This document shows positions 52,191 to 62,151 of a DNA stretch of 64,000 bases, one piece after another. Origin of the DNA: Candidatus Obscuribacteraceae bacterium (GTDB lineage: Bacteria; Cyanobacteriota; Vampirovibrionia; Obscuribacterales; Obscuribacteraceae); assembly GCA_044226015.1 (NCBI GenBank), contig JBGAHS010000003.1:789364-853363 (forward strand). The letters are read 5' to 3'. Both the position numbers and the translations under genes were made by a program. A model generated the notes under the pieces. That model ran no database searches and was not told where the DNA came from. It worked only from the letters and a program-made list of their open reading frames with translations. Every line of letters begins with the position of its first letter. Position 1 is the stretch's first letter.

Positions 52191-52649
52191 GTGAGTAGTC
52201 CTTTCTCTTTCTTGGGTTGCTCTTTCGAAGGGTTACAGGCAAGACTCCGACCAGGAAGCGAGTTGCTTCAAGTTACTGGGTGGGTTTGTGAACCATGCAG
52301 TGTTGTCGGAGTTTGTATGTGACCAATCGAAGAATTAAAGACGCACTACTACTGTTCACTATCTGCGCCCGCAGTTCCAAGCTTCTAGTGTTACAGGCGG
52401 TCGCCTTAGCTGCATATAACAGTGCCGCAGATGCGCCAGGCGCTGGCCCAGTGGCGTCTTGTAGCTGGCTGCAGTTTGTTAAGGGCTATGTTTCAATTGA
52501 TAAAGATTTCAAGAGTTGGTCACCACCGATGGTGGCGCGAGGTTGCGCTGCGGAGATTAGCAGTTGGGTACTGTTGTTATTACGTCGCCGGAACCTGCTT
52601 TATCCATTGGTTTTGCGACTCTTCGAGTCATAAGCTAGTTAGTACAAGT

Positions 52650-53228
52650 TCAGTCGGCCCACTCAATTGACTCTGCCATGCGTCGGAAAAATTGAATGCC
52701 TTTCAGATGCATTTCTTTAGCTGTAACTCTCAAATACAGCTCGTAGATTTTTCTTCCGCTCTCGTCGGCCTCTACAAAGAGCCCACCATAAAAAGTGTCA
52801 GTTTTGTCTTCATCGCGAAATTCGCCATCAACCTTCAAAACAGCTTTGCCGTTAATCACAATGACCTGTGCGGTTTTTAGGAAAAAGTCTGGACTATAGC
52901 CAGTCAAATGCCGTGGATAGGTGTATTGATTGAATCCAGCAAGGTCCAATACCCGAGATAGCGAGCGTATTTGCCCCGGGCTCAAAGTTACTGCCTGCTC
53001 GGCTTCTCTATGCTGCAAGAGCAAAGCATGAAAGTTTTCACCATCGTCTTCGCTTTCAAGTTTGCCACGATAAAAGATGCCAATTTCCATTTCTTGCTCT
53101 TTTCCGGGCATTGTGAGTTGGATGATTGGCAGCTCCATGCGATTAGACTGTGGAACACGCAAAGTATTCCTGCGCCAATCTGGCGGAACCGTTATTTTTT
53201 TGAAAGGACCGATGTCTGTTATGTCCAT
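52650..53228 (-). CDS. Hypothetical protein
   Basis: 192 aa ORF, 3 nt from the upstream gene. Confidence 0.75.
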   Translation of the reverse strand: MDITDIGPFKKITVPPDWRRNTLRVPQSNRMELPIIQLTMPGKEQEMEIGIFYRGKLESEDDGENFHALLLQHREAEQAVTLSPGQIRSLSRVLDLAGFNQYTYPRHLTGYSPDFFLKTAQVIVINGKAVLKVDGEFRDEDKTDTFYGGLFVEADESGRKIYELYLRVTAKEMHLKGIQFFRRMAESIEWAD

Positions 53229-53231
53229 GAA

Positions 53232-54602
53232 CTAATGCGGCGCTGTTCTCATAGGATTGAGAGTTGCATTATAGAGTCTTTGCAAGCTTATTTTGCTTGA
53301 GCGCTGCATTCCAGGAAGTAACTGCGGGTTGTAGATTCGCAGCAGTCCGAATTCGTTAAACTGAACTACGTTAATGCAATGGTTAATGCCATCTTGATAG
53401 CTTTCGGCTAGCAGCCTGCGTTCATCAACTGCAATAGTGATTGGAATTGCACTGCATTTTTTTGCAGCCTGTAGCGCTTCAGATAACTGCTCTGGCGAAC
53501 TGATGTGAACCAATAAGTTTGCTTTCGACAAATAGTCGGCATACTCTGGAGAGTTTGGTGGGAACGCGTTTGTGTTGACGATAACACAAGAGTTCTCGTT
53601 AAATTCGAACTTAGCAAGCAAGGCGAGTTCGAGGTAACTCAGGGTTGCAAGTTTTGGATTTACCAGGTCTCCGTGCTGATTGCGCACAATTTGTCCGCTG
53701 TATTTTTTTCCTGGTCTGCCAGGGCATTCGGCATAAGTTAGAGATTGTCTTCTTCTGCGAAGTACATTGTTCAGCAGAAGAAGTTGCATCAGTTTCACCG
53801 CATAACTTCTTTTGTTTTCACCACTGCGATAAAGTATTTCCTCAGGACCAGGCTTCAAAGATTGCTCGTCGATGATCATAGTTTTGCCATCGAATGTTTG
53901 CCACTCACCTAAGATTGCGGCGGAGGCGATCATTTCAGTAACTCTAGATGGTCGCGTTGCGAATAACCTTTGAATAAGGCAGAGCACTTCTGACCCGATT
54001 TTGCTTCCCTGGCAAGCACTTTCCGGTTTGGCTGCATGCACCAGGAAATGTGATACAGCGAGCAATCGAGATTGCCACGGAATTGATTGAGCGAAAGGCG
54101 GAGTGCTTAGCAAATATCGCAAGTTGTCGTATGAGGTATTTATTTCTTGCTCAGCGACTTCTGAAAAGTCTTCGATCATTCGAGATTCAAACTGGGCCAT
54201 AGACTCTGCACAGGCATTTCTCTGATTCTCATCACCAAGACCACAGATAGACTCAAGTAAAGCTTCTCTTGACTCTTGTACATTCTTGGAAATTTCGCTG
54301 AAATCTAGGAAGTAAGCCAGGCATGAGCCAATTGCTTTGTTGAGAATAGGTCTTGCCGGTGGCGCAGGAAGATTGCGATCTAATTTGTCCTGAGTGGGCT
54401 CAAGCGTATGCGCTGCACTCTGAGAGAATTCACTCATGATGTAGCGATAAGTATTTCGACTTCGCTTTTTCGAATCAGTTGAAGCAGGAATCTGATTGTT
54501 TCCTGTGATTCTGATATCGTCTGCCGTTAATGGTTCAGAAACGTTTACTTCAATTTTTTGTCCAAACATTCCTAGATGTCGCCTGTCAGTTTTTTCTGCC
54601 AT
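53232..54602 (-). CDS. Hypothetical protein, possible degenerate papain-like fold
   Basis: 456 aa; QG...S and HCINV...IYNP pattern. Confidence 0.7.
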   Translation of the reverse strand: MAEKTDRRHLGMFGQKIEVNVSEPLTADDIRITGNNQIPASTDSKKRSRNTYRYIMSEFSQSAAHTLEPTQDKLDRNLPAPPARPILNKAIGSCLAYFLDFSEISKNVQESREALLESICGLGDENQRNACAESMAQFESRMIEDFSEVAEQEINTSYDNLRYLLSTPPFAQSIPWQSRLLAVSHFLVHAAKPESACQGSKIGSEVLCLIQRLFATRPSRVTEMIASAAILGEWQTFDGKTMIIDEQSLKPGPEEILYRSGENKRSYAVKLMQLLLLNNVLRRRRQSLTYAECPGRPGKKYSGQIVRNQHGDLVNPKLATLSYLELALLAKFEFNENSCVIVNTNAFPPNSPEYADYLSKANLLVHISSPEQLSEALQAAKKCSAIPITIAVDERRLLAESYQDGINHCINVVQFNEFGLLRIYNPQLLPGMQRSSKISLQRLYNATLNPMRTAPH

Positions 54603-54860
54603 AGTTCAGGTTGCCGTTGAATAGATCGTTTTGCCGTCTTTTCCGAGATGATAAGGGAAAAAGTAGCAGCAGACAACACGGCTCTTGATAACCTCGTTCA
54701 AGCGTTGTATCCGGCGAGTTTGAGGAGTACTGTTCTGAGTCGCTTTGGGAACTATACGATAGGAAATGCTTAAGATCATTTCATCTTTGCTGTGGGCATC
54801 GAAGACAGCGGAGGTACACGGTTTCGCGTATCTCGGAAAGATTCAGTATGCAGATTTCAA

Positions 54861-55739
54861 TCAGTAGTTAAGAACCAGCACTTCGCTAATTTTTCCACGT
54901 CCGCTTGCTTTGCAATTTATCGCTCGCATGGCATAAACTGTCTCAACTCTGAATTCTGAATAGAGGTCGCGAATAAATGGGCAATCGGAATTGCTCAGCA
55001 TAAGCTTGCAGCCTCTACGGTCGAGTTCAATGAATGTATCTGCAAGCCTCTCCTGGTCCTCTGCAGAAAACGAGTTCTTTGTATAAGAGGTGAAATTAGA
55101 AGTACTGCTAAGAGGATGATATGGTGGGTCGAAGTAAATAAAATCGCCTTTTCGAGCCTTTTTCAAAATGTCTTCAAAAGGACGATGAACAATATTCGTG
55201 TTCTTCAAAGCCTCGCTGCAGGCCCGCAACAAAGGCTCATTTCGGGTGCTTGGGTTTTTATAGAAACCAAAAGGAACATTGAAATTTCCTTTGCTGTTCA
55301 CGCGATAAAGTCCGTTAAAGCAAGTTTTGTTTAGGAAGATGAGGCGAGAGGCGCGCTCAATGTTGTTTAAGAGTGAGGTATCTTGTGCTCTTATTTTGTA
55401 AAAGTACTCCTCGGTGTTTTCATGTTTCTGTAGGTCTTTGAGCAGCGGAGAAACATTATCGCGAATAACCGTGTAACAGTTTACAAGCTCGCTATTCATA
55501 TCTGATAGCTCGGCAAAGAAGTCTCCATGCAGGTTGCGCAAGTGAAAGAAAACTGCGCCACCTCCAGTGAAGGGTTCGAAATATCGGTTTATGGACTCAG
55601 GAAAAAATTCTTCAAAGCTTGCAATAAGCTGAGATTTGCCTCCCGCCCATTTCAGAAAGGGTCCGACTCTATCAAGACGTTGGTTAGTAGGAAGAGCCCT
55701 TAATGGTGGCTGATTTATAAGACGGGAACGACGGCTCAC
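54861..55739 (-). CDS. dam: Dam/DpnM-family DNA adenine methyltransferase (orphan)
   Basis: FLKWAGGK, YFEPFTGGGAV, FNGLYRVN, DPPY, LSNS. Confidence 0.88.
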   Translation of the reverse strand: MSRRSRLINQPPLRALPTNQRLDRVGPFLKWAGGKSQLIASFEEFFPESINRYFEPFTGGGAVFFHLRNLHGDFFAELSDMNSELVNCYTVIRDNVSPLLKDLQKHENTEEYFYKIRAQDTSLLNNIERASRLIFLNKTCFNGLYRVNSKGNFNVPFGFYKNPSTRNEPLLRACSEALKNTNIVHRPFEDILKKARKGDFIYFDPPYHPLSSTSNFTSYTKNSFSAEDQERLADTFIELDRRGCKLMLSNSDCPFIRDLYSEFRVETVYAMRAINCKASGRGKISEVLVLNY

Positions 55740-55900
55740 GGCATATCCTTTTCACATATAAAGTGGTCTCAGATTATATGCCCGGCTTTTGTCTTAAGCA
55801 AGCGCATTAAGCGGCTAAGTCTGGCTTTTTATGCGGCTTTATGAGACGAACCTTTATAAGTCAGTCATGCGACTTGCTAAGAGGGAGCCGGTTTTCTTGC

Positions 55901-55940
55901 AAAAGAAAAGAGGTGCCACCGTCAGCGGTGGCACCTCTTT
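55901..55940 (-). terminator. Terminator hairpin (likely bidirectional)
   Basis: AAAGAGGTGCCACCG-TCAG-CGGTGGCACCTCTTT. Confidence 0.8.
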
Positions 55941-55957
55941 GTCTACTTTTGAATTTC

Positions 55958-56389
55958 TTATTGGACTACGATCAATCTTCCATCGATAGCAGCTGCCAGT
56001 TTATCTGGCTCATCTGTTCCTATAAGAACGCTTTTGCCATTGTTGAAATTCACCTCAACGGCATCTAAACCATAAATGTTGTAGAGCCAGGCATAACCTG
56101 TGAAGTGAACGCCCCAACCTTGCAGAGGGGTTGTGCGTACTGCATGAACAGAAGTGACATCGTGCAGATTGAATGTTTTTTTTATGGGTCCATCACCGAA
56201 TTGTATTTTGATTTCAGAGTCGTCTACTTCGACGGTGAGAGAGCGAAAATTGTACACAGTGGCGCCGAGCAGTCCTGTTAAAGCCAGGCGAGCCAGAAAT
56301 CCTGGAGGTGTCAGGCCCAGCGCGAGGCTGGCAATGCCCGCACCGAGCAGTATTTTTTCAGGAATTTTTTGAGTATGACTATAGTGCAT
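55958..56389 (-). CDS. Membrane protein with bacterial PH-like domain
   Basis: Two TM, then GWGV...YNIYG...IGTDEP. Confidence 0.75.
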   Translation of the reverse strand: MHYSHTQKIPEKILLGAGIASLALGLTPPGFLARLALTGLLGATVYNFRSLTVEVDDSEIKIQFGDGPIKKTFNLHDVTSVHAVRTTPLQGWGVHFTGYAWLYNIYGLDAVEVNFNNGKSVLIGTDEPDKLAAAIDGRLIVVQ

Positions 56390-56485
56390 GAAAATTGCCT
56401 CTAGTTGTAAAAAGCTAAAGGGGATCTTAGCCCAATCGAGAAGAATCTGTTTGATTCCCGGGCTCATTGTGATGAAATTTAAGTG

Positions 56486-57631
56486 CTAATGAAGTCCATT
56501 TTGATTAGGGCTGTTACTGTAGTTAGAGCTTGGAATTGGCTCTGGGTAGTCTTGATAGATGCGCAGTAGTGTTGCCTTGTCTCGTTTTGTCAGGGCTGGC
56601 CAGACCGCACTTGAATTTGAAAAGAACATTACATCCTTATTGCTCGGAGAATGTCCCACCATACCCAGCGCGTGTCCTATTTCATGCAAGCAAGTTTTTT
56701 TCATTTCGTCGCTGCTCAGAGGTTCTCCTGTGCGGCGATTATTGACCAAAATACAAACATTTGCTGAGAGAATTTGTTTTGTGCCATCGGCACCGGGGTG
56801 CTTTTCTGCAATGACTTCCGCTACGCCAAGCTCAACATTATTGCCTTCATTCTTCAAAAATGCTGGGTCGTCTGTCCATGTGCAGGCAAGCGATGCAAGC
56901 CTGGCGTCGGTAACAAGGCGATAAGAGAGTTTGTGGTGCGAGGCCTTCATCCAGTCATCAATTGCTGCAAGAAGAATGTAATTGTATTCTTCGCGAAAAC
57001 CCTGCACGGGGCGTCCACTCTCATCTTTTCCAAAAGAGATAAAGATGCTTAGCGGCACTTTGTTTTGAGGCCAGCGGCGAACGCAGCCATCGTCGCAAAT
57101 GCTCGGTAGGTAATCGGGCGACTGCGGGTCTGATTCGACGTGTTCTCGCTTGTATTTCTCTAGAGCTCCAATCATGTTTTGAATGGTCTGGCTGTCTTTC
57201 GGGTGTGCCTTTTTTAGATAGCCTCGAAAAAACTGAAGCGCATCATCAGTGCGATTTTGCACCTGATAGCAGCTGCCGATGTTCACCAGGCAATCTGTCA
57301 TTTTGGGATCAATCTCGAGAGCCTTTTTGAACTCTCCAATAGCCAAGTCGTAGAGGGCGCATTCGTTATAGCAGCAGCCCAGGTTATAGTGCATAGCAGC
57401 ACTTTCCGGCCACAATTGCGCTGCCTGTTCCAGAGGTTTTCTTGCTTTGAATGGTTTTTTTGCCTCAAGAAGTCTCGTTCCTTCAACAAGCAGATTACAG
57501 GCTTGCTCTTGTTGTTGGTTTTGCGGATTGAGTTCTAGTTTCTTATTTGCTGCTGCAGATGCAAGGGCAAGCAAGAATATCAGCAATGCACTTGCTGATA
57601 TTCTTGTTATCGCTCCTGAGATGCGTTGCAA
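56486..57631 (-). CDS. TPR plus matrixin (M10) metallopeptidase
   Basis: Signal peptide, TPRs, HEIGHALGMVGHS, Met-turn DVM. Confidence 0.88.
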   Translation of the reverse strand: MQRISGAITRISASALLIFLLALASAAANKKLELNPQNQQQEQACNLLVEGTRLLEAKKPFKARKPLEQAAQLWPESAAMHYNLGCCYNECALYDLAIGEFKKALEIDPKMTDCLVNIGSCYQVQNRTDDALQFFRGYLKKAHPKDSQTIQNMIGALEKYKREHVESDPQSPDYLPSICDDGCVRRWPQNKVPLSIFISFGKDESGRPVQGFREEYNYILLAAIDDWMKASHHKLSYRLVTDARLASLACTWTDDPAFLKNEGNNVELGVAEVIAEKHPGADGTKQILSANVCILVNNRRTGEPLSSDEMKKTCLHEIGHALGMVGHSPSNKDVMFFSNSSAVWPALTKRDKATLLRIYQDYPEPIPSSNYSNSPNQNGLH

Positions 57632-57703
57632 TTATCCCCCGAAATTTGGAGTCCGCCGGAATGGCGGCATATCCCGCAATTCGTATCATTTGTTCCCTTT
57701 CTT

Positions 57704-58813
57704 TCATTGTTCATCACAGGTCGGATAGTCTACTGAAACGAAGTGAGGAAAGTAGGCGTAAGGGTCCTTCTGATGTGCACTGAGGACCCCAGGATTTATA
57801 GCGTAGCTGAGGCTGAGTTTGGCAGGTGGCGAAACCTGCTCAGGGTGAGCTTTTCCGGCATAGCAAAAGCCGCGCTTCAGTTGCTTTTCTGGAATTTCGT
57901 AGAGTCGTTTTTCCTGTGACCAATCCTCATTGAAGTTCTTTGTTGTTCTGCCGACTATGTTTTTTCCCATGCCATTTTGGCTGTATACACAAAGATAACC
58001 AGTGCGAACTTTGATGAGAGAAGCTTCTGCTGCGGCTTGCTTCCAGAGGTAATGTATGTTTTTGCTTTCTTTGGACCAGAAGATTTTTTTGTTTTCGTCC
58101 CGACAGAGAAATTCTGCTTGCACTAAGTTTCTGCTGTCAATCTGTTGGCATGGAATGCGCGCAAGAAAGGCTTCTTTATTCGTTTCATTTAAGCCTATTG
58201 AATAGACAAAGTTGTTCTCGACTAGAGCAGCCACTCCAATGTGAATCCCTCCATTTTGTTCTACCCTTACTGTTCGCATTTTCCAGAAGGGAGGAGCCGC
58301 TTCAGGGTTGAATACAACGTGAATTTCATCTCCAATCCAGGAAAATCCAAATGGATCTTCTTTCAAGGATTTCACGGGAGCGATTACTTTTTGAAAACAA
58401 TAGAGTCGTCCGCAGTTTTTGACTGCGTCACCAGGCCACAGCCAGTGTATTTTGTCTGAACTTTGAAAAAAGGCTTCTCGTCCATTTTTGTTGGTGTAGA
58501 AGCTTATCTTGTTGCTGGTAGTATCTTGCACAGCAATAGTATTATGAACCATTCGTCGTGGATTGCTGCCATCGCCAATGGTGTCGATAAAACTGTCTCC
58601 AAAAAGCCATAGAACTGTTTTTTCGTTTATCGCAACACTATATGCTCCGTCGCCTCCTGACCAGTTGGAGTCGTGCAGAAAGCAATCCTCTAAGCTTCTG
58701 CTGGAGGCAAGTGCTATTGAACAGAGCGAGATACAGACAATTGCAATTTGGAATAGTAATCGCACTAGTTTTTGCCTGTTGGTTTTAACGGTATTATTGC
58801 AAGAGCTTAGCAC
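57704..58813 (-). CDS. DUF4185/DUF5005-like beta-propeller protein
   Basis: WSGGDGAYS, LWLFGDSF, YAGKAHP, YFPHF. Confidence 0.75.
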   Translation of the reverse strand: MLSSCNNTVKTNRQKLVRLLFQIAIVCISLCSIALASSRSLEDCFLHDSNWSGGDGAYSVAINEKTVLWLFGDSFIDTIGDGSNPRRMVHNTIAVQDTTSNKISFYTNKNGREAFFQSSDKIHWLWPGDAVKNCGRLYCFQKVIAPVKSLKEDPFGFSWIGDEIHVVFNPEAAPPFWKMRTVRVEQNGGIHIGVAALVENNFVYSIGLNETNKEAFLARIPCQQIDSRNLVQAEFLCRDENKKIFWSKESKNIHYLWKQAAAEASLIKVRTGYLCVYSQNGMGKNIVGRTTKNFNEDWSQEKRLYEIPEKQLKRGFCYAGKAHPEQVSPPAKLSLSYAINPGVLSAHQKDPYAYFPHFVSVDYPTCDEQ

Positions 58814-58946
58814 AGCATGGTTTCAGGAAAAGGTCCAGCTCTGAATTGCGTGGAATTCCCATCGACAGTTTGCACGCTCGTAATTAAGATTTGTAATTGG
58901 GTAAGGAGATGGGCCGTAAATCTAGACCAACGGAGCCAAACTAGAT

Positions 58947-59177
58947 ATGGATGTTTACACTTGGGTCATTTTCTTATACGTAGCCGGCACCTTGATGGTT
59001 GGCTGGTTTTTGCTACATGAGGTAAATCCGACTGGTCACAAAAACAAAGATCGTCAGGTCGGAGCAAGTTATTGGGGGGTCTACAATGGCTCTTCGTTTG
59101 AATCTGAGCGTGCATTCACACTTCACGAAGTGAAGGATGAAGAACTCGCGGTCATCTGTGGTCGACCAGCTAAGTAG
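58947..59177 (+). CDS. Small membrane protein
   Basis: GGAG upstream, N-terminal TM helix. Confidence 0.6.
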   Translation: MDVYTWVIFLYVAGTLMVGWFLLHEVNPTGHKNKDRQVGASYWGVYNGSSFESERAFTLHEVKDEELAVICGRPAK

Positions 59178-59404
59178 TTTTTGAAATCGTTTGCATAAGG
59201 AATTCTCGGGAGCCTCGCATGATGAGGGCTCCCTTTTCATTGGGGAAATTACGCAAGTCTTAGTCATAGCTGCTATGGCAGTTGATGAACTTCGAGTTGG
59301 CTATCGACTAGGCTGAGAGCATTACTTTCTTTATTTCAAGACTTGTTCGAGACTCATATCGACTAAATTTCAAAACAACCTTACTCGAAATCTGAAAGAA
59401 CCAA

Positions 59405-59608
59405 ATGTTCTCCATTTTGCATCACCCTGTTGTGCTTTTGATTGGGTATGTACTGAAGTTCTCTGTTGGTGTACTGCTCTTGTCTGTTATTGCAAACGAC
59501 TGGTACTGGCGTGCTCGACACGAGAGAGCGCGTGCTCAGCAACAACGACTTCAAGACTTGTTCGACGGCGTAAATCATGATGATGGTTTCCCACCCGAAT
59601 ACTACTAA
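59405..59608 (+). CDS. Small membrane protein
   Basis: N-terminal TM; precedes the C39-like gene by 12 nt. Confidence 0.6.
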   Translation: MFSILHHPVVLLIGYVLKFSVGVLLLSVIANDWYWRARHERARAQQQRLQDLFDGVNHDDGFPPEYY

Positions 59609-59620
59609 CACGGAGAAGAG

Positions 59621-60382
59621 ATGAAAAGGAAGACCAAACTGCTACTGCCGGAAGGTGCAATCAAACTCACTCTTCCGGCACTCTCTGGCTATAGCCCGCA
59701 GCGTTTTCGTAAACGAAGCGCTCTGCTTGAGAGTCTGAGCCTTACTAATATTCACCAGATTCCTGGTGGATCTATCTCAGTTCCTGCGCCTGACTTGCCG
59801 CAGCCGACTGATTACTCATGCGCTCTGGCAGCTGCCTCGATCGCACGTATGTACGGAGTTGGTCCAGACTCCATGGAAGAGTTCATGCAAGGAATGAACA
59901 CTGGTGTGAACGGCACCAGTCCAGGCAATATCGTTCGTTACCTCAACCGGCTCGGATTACGAGCAAGCATCCAGCGCCGAATGACGAAAGAATCGCTCAT
60001 CAAGCTGCTGGATAAGCAAATCTCTACTGTACTGGACATCCAAGCCTGGGCTAAGGATCGCTCTGTATACAACGACGTAAACAAGAACGATAACGGACAC
60101 TACGTTGCAGCAATCGGCTATTCGGAGGAAGCTCCAGAGCTGCTTTCTGAAGATGGAAGCAGAAGAAAGTTGGTCAAGGGTGAAAACGAAACCTACTTCT
60201 ACTTCATGGACCCCAGCATTCTCTGCCGATATGGTTTTCTGCCCTGGGCGGAGCTAGATCGGCGCTGGCACGACGATGAAGGCACCGACGAAAAGCCTAA
60301 GCCGAATTGGCACATGGGAATCGTGATTCGACCCAATGGTCAGAAACCTGTTCATGCCTCGATGGCAGAGTTTATTGCCTGA
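59621..60382 (+). CDS. C39-like cysteine peptidase
   Basis: QPTDYSC, GHYV, FMDP catalytic pattern; GGAG RBS. Confidence 0.8.
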   Translation: MKRKTKLLLPEGAIKLTLPALSGYSPQRFRKRSALLESLSLTNIHQIPGGSISVPAPDLPQPTDYSCALAAASIARMYGVGPDSMEEFMQGMNTGVNGTSPGNIVRYLNRLGLRASIQRRMTKESLIKLLDKQISTVLDIQAWAKDRSVYNDVNKNDNGHYVAAIGYSEEAPELLSEDGSRRKLVKGENETYFYFMDPSILCRYGFLPWAELDRRWHDDEGTDEKPKPNWHMGIVIRPNGQKPVHASMAEFIA

Positions 60383-60383
60383 C

Positions 60384-60445
60384 AGTGTGCTGCACATCGA
60401 CTTCAAAAAAGTCCATGTGCAGCACACTTTTCGCCTGTTTTTGAC
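60384..60445 (+). terminator. Terminator hairpin
   Basis: AGTGTGCTGCACAT/ATGTGCAGCACACT stem plus T-rich tail. Confidence 0.8.
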
Positions 60446-60896
60446 TTTTAAATGGCCAATTTTTGACCACATTTGCACTTACATGTGGCGAGGCTGTGTT
60501 AACTTTAGCAGGCTGGCATGACAGTTCTAAGCAGGACGGACTTTTCCGGTCGCGCATCTCGCCAAATTGTTCTTGCTGACAAAGGGAATTACAAAACACT
60601 TATTCGCAGCCTGCTTTCTAGATATTGGCGCAAGGAGTGGAAATTGCTAGTTTTGGATACAGTTCTGAATTCCAACCTCTTGCAGCATTAGGTAACTTGT
60701 CGAAACCCCTGAGCTAGATACCATCCTTGCCTGACGAAGTCCCTGTAACTATGGGAACGTTGACGCATTGATCAGCTCAGCGCAGAGTTATTGGGAGAGT
60801 GGATGACCACTCCCTCAATTGCTTTGTGACTCGGACGACCTGACTTGCAAGCCGCATCGCTCAGCGATGTGTTTTATCAAGAAAGGAGAGAGAACC

Positions 60897-62081
60897 ATGA
60901 GCTTCCAACTCTTGTTTCTCATAGTGCTTGCCGGTCTGGTCGGCCCCCTTCTCTCTGGCAACAAGCGTTTCGCTGTGCCACTAGTAGTTGGGGAGATCAT
61001 TGCAGGTATAGCTATCGGAAACAGCGGCTTTCACTGGGTGAACCCAGCTGACCCCGCGTTCAAGTTTCTTGCCCTGGTGGGCTTTGCATTGCTGCTCTTT
61101 CTCGTCGGCATTAAGTTGCCTCTCAGAGATGGCGGATTGCGTTCTGCTCTGAAAGTCGGTGCTAAAGCTTCGGTCATATCATTCTTGGTAGCAGTGCCGT
61201 TTGCTTTTGCGCTCAGCTTCATCACGGGCATTCACAACATCGGTATCTTCGTCTTGCTCTGTGCCTGCAGTTCCACGAGCATGGTCGTGCCGATGCTCCA
61301 TGAGCGCCACCTCACCGGACCTGTCATCATGCTGACCACAGCGTGGATCGCAATCTGCGATATTGTGGCCATGATTGCGCTGCCTCTTGCCACCGCTAGC
61401 GGTGACACTGAGACGGTCGCGATTGGTGTCGGTGTAGTGGGCGTTGTGGCCATCGCCTGCCTCGTCGGCATGCGTTTCTTCCGCTCTTCGGTTATTGGTG
61501 AACATCTGAGGCAGCTTTCCCGAAGCAAGCATTGGGCACTCGACCTCCGTCTCTCCCTTGCGATGCTCTTCGGGCTCGCCTGGTTGGCGACGGTTTTTGG
61601 AACCAGCGTGCTCGTTGCGGGTTTTGCAGCAGGCATGGTTGCTTCGTCGCTGGGTCACCCGCGGCGCTACTACAAGCAGCTTATCGGAATCGGTGAAGGC
61701 TTCCTGGTGCCGGTGTTCTTTGTGCATCTTGGTGCTAGCATCAATGTTCAAGAGCTGTTCACGTCTACCAGCAATATCGCTCTTGCTGTGATGATTTGCG
61801 CGGCATCTATATCTGTGCACATGATCGCTGCGAAGTGGTCTGGCTTGCCGAAGGGCTCTGGCTGGGCGGCGAGTTCTCAGATGGGTGTTCCTGCAGCACT
61901 GGTTTCAATCGGTCTATCTGGTGGCTTGCTCACAGCAGGACAAGGCGCGGCAATAATTGCAGCGGCTTTGCTTTCTCTCATCGGAAGTAGTTTCGGTGTG
62001 AGTCAACTGAGCACCGCACCTGGTGTCGTCATCGACAGTTCCTTCCCCAAGAAGAAGAAAGACGACGACGAAACAGATTGA
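60897..62081 (+). CDS. Cation:proton antiporter (CPA family)
   Basis: PLVVGEIIAG, CSSTS, ICD, GFAAG, PVFFV; many TM helices; AAGGAG RBS. Confidence 0.88.
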   Translation: MSFQLLFLIVLAGLVGPLLSGNKRFAVPLVVGEIIAGIAIGNSGFHWVNPADPAFKFLALVGFALLLFLVGIKLPLRDGGLRSALKVGAKASVISFLVAVPFAFALSFITGIHNIGIFVLLCACSSTSMVVPMLHERHLTGPVIMLTTAWIAICDIVAMIALPLATASGDTETVAIGVGVVGVVAIACLVGMRFFRSSVIGEHLRQLSRSKHWALDLRLSLAMLFGLAWLATVFGTSVLVAGFAAGMVASSLGHPRRYYKQLIGIGEGFLVPVFFVHLGASINVQELFTSTSNIALAVMICAASISVHMIAAKWSGLPKGSGWAASSQMGVPAALVSIGLSGGLLTAGQGAAIIAAALLSLIGSSFGVSQLSTAPGVVIDSSFPKKKKDDDETD

Positions 62082-62084
62082 ATC

Positions 62085-62151
62085 GAAGTCGTTCCCGGCG
62101 TTAGCAAGTCTTGAAAAAGACAAGCTGACGCCGGGACTTCTATTCTTCTTT
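62085..62151 (+). terminator. Long terminator hairpin
   Basis: CCCGGCGTTAGC...GCTGACGCCGGG stem with an inner GTCTT-GAAA-AAGAC. Confidence 0.75.

Noticed and set aside
54861..55739. Restriction-modification system
   Set aside because: No recognisable endonuclease is adjacent; treated as an orphan methylase.
59335..59565. 16-bp direct repeat TTCAAGACTTGTTCGA (59335-59350, 59550-59565)
   Set aside because: A single pair with one copy inside a CDS and no associated element; cannot be distinguished from chance or a small local duplication.
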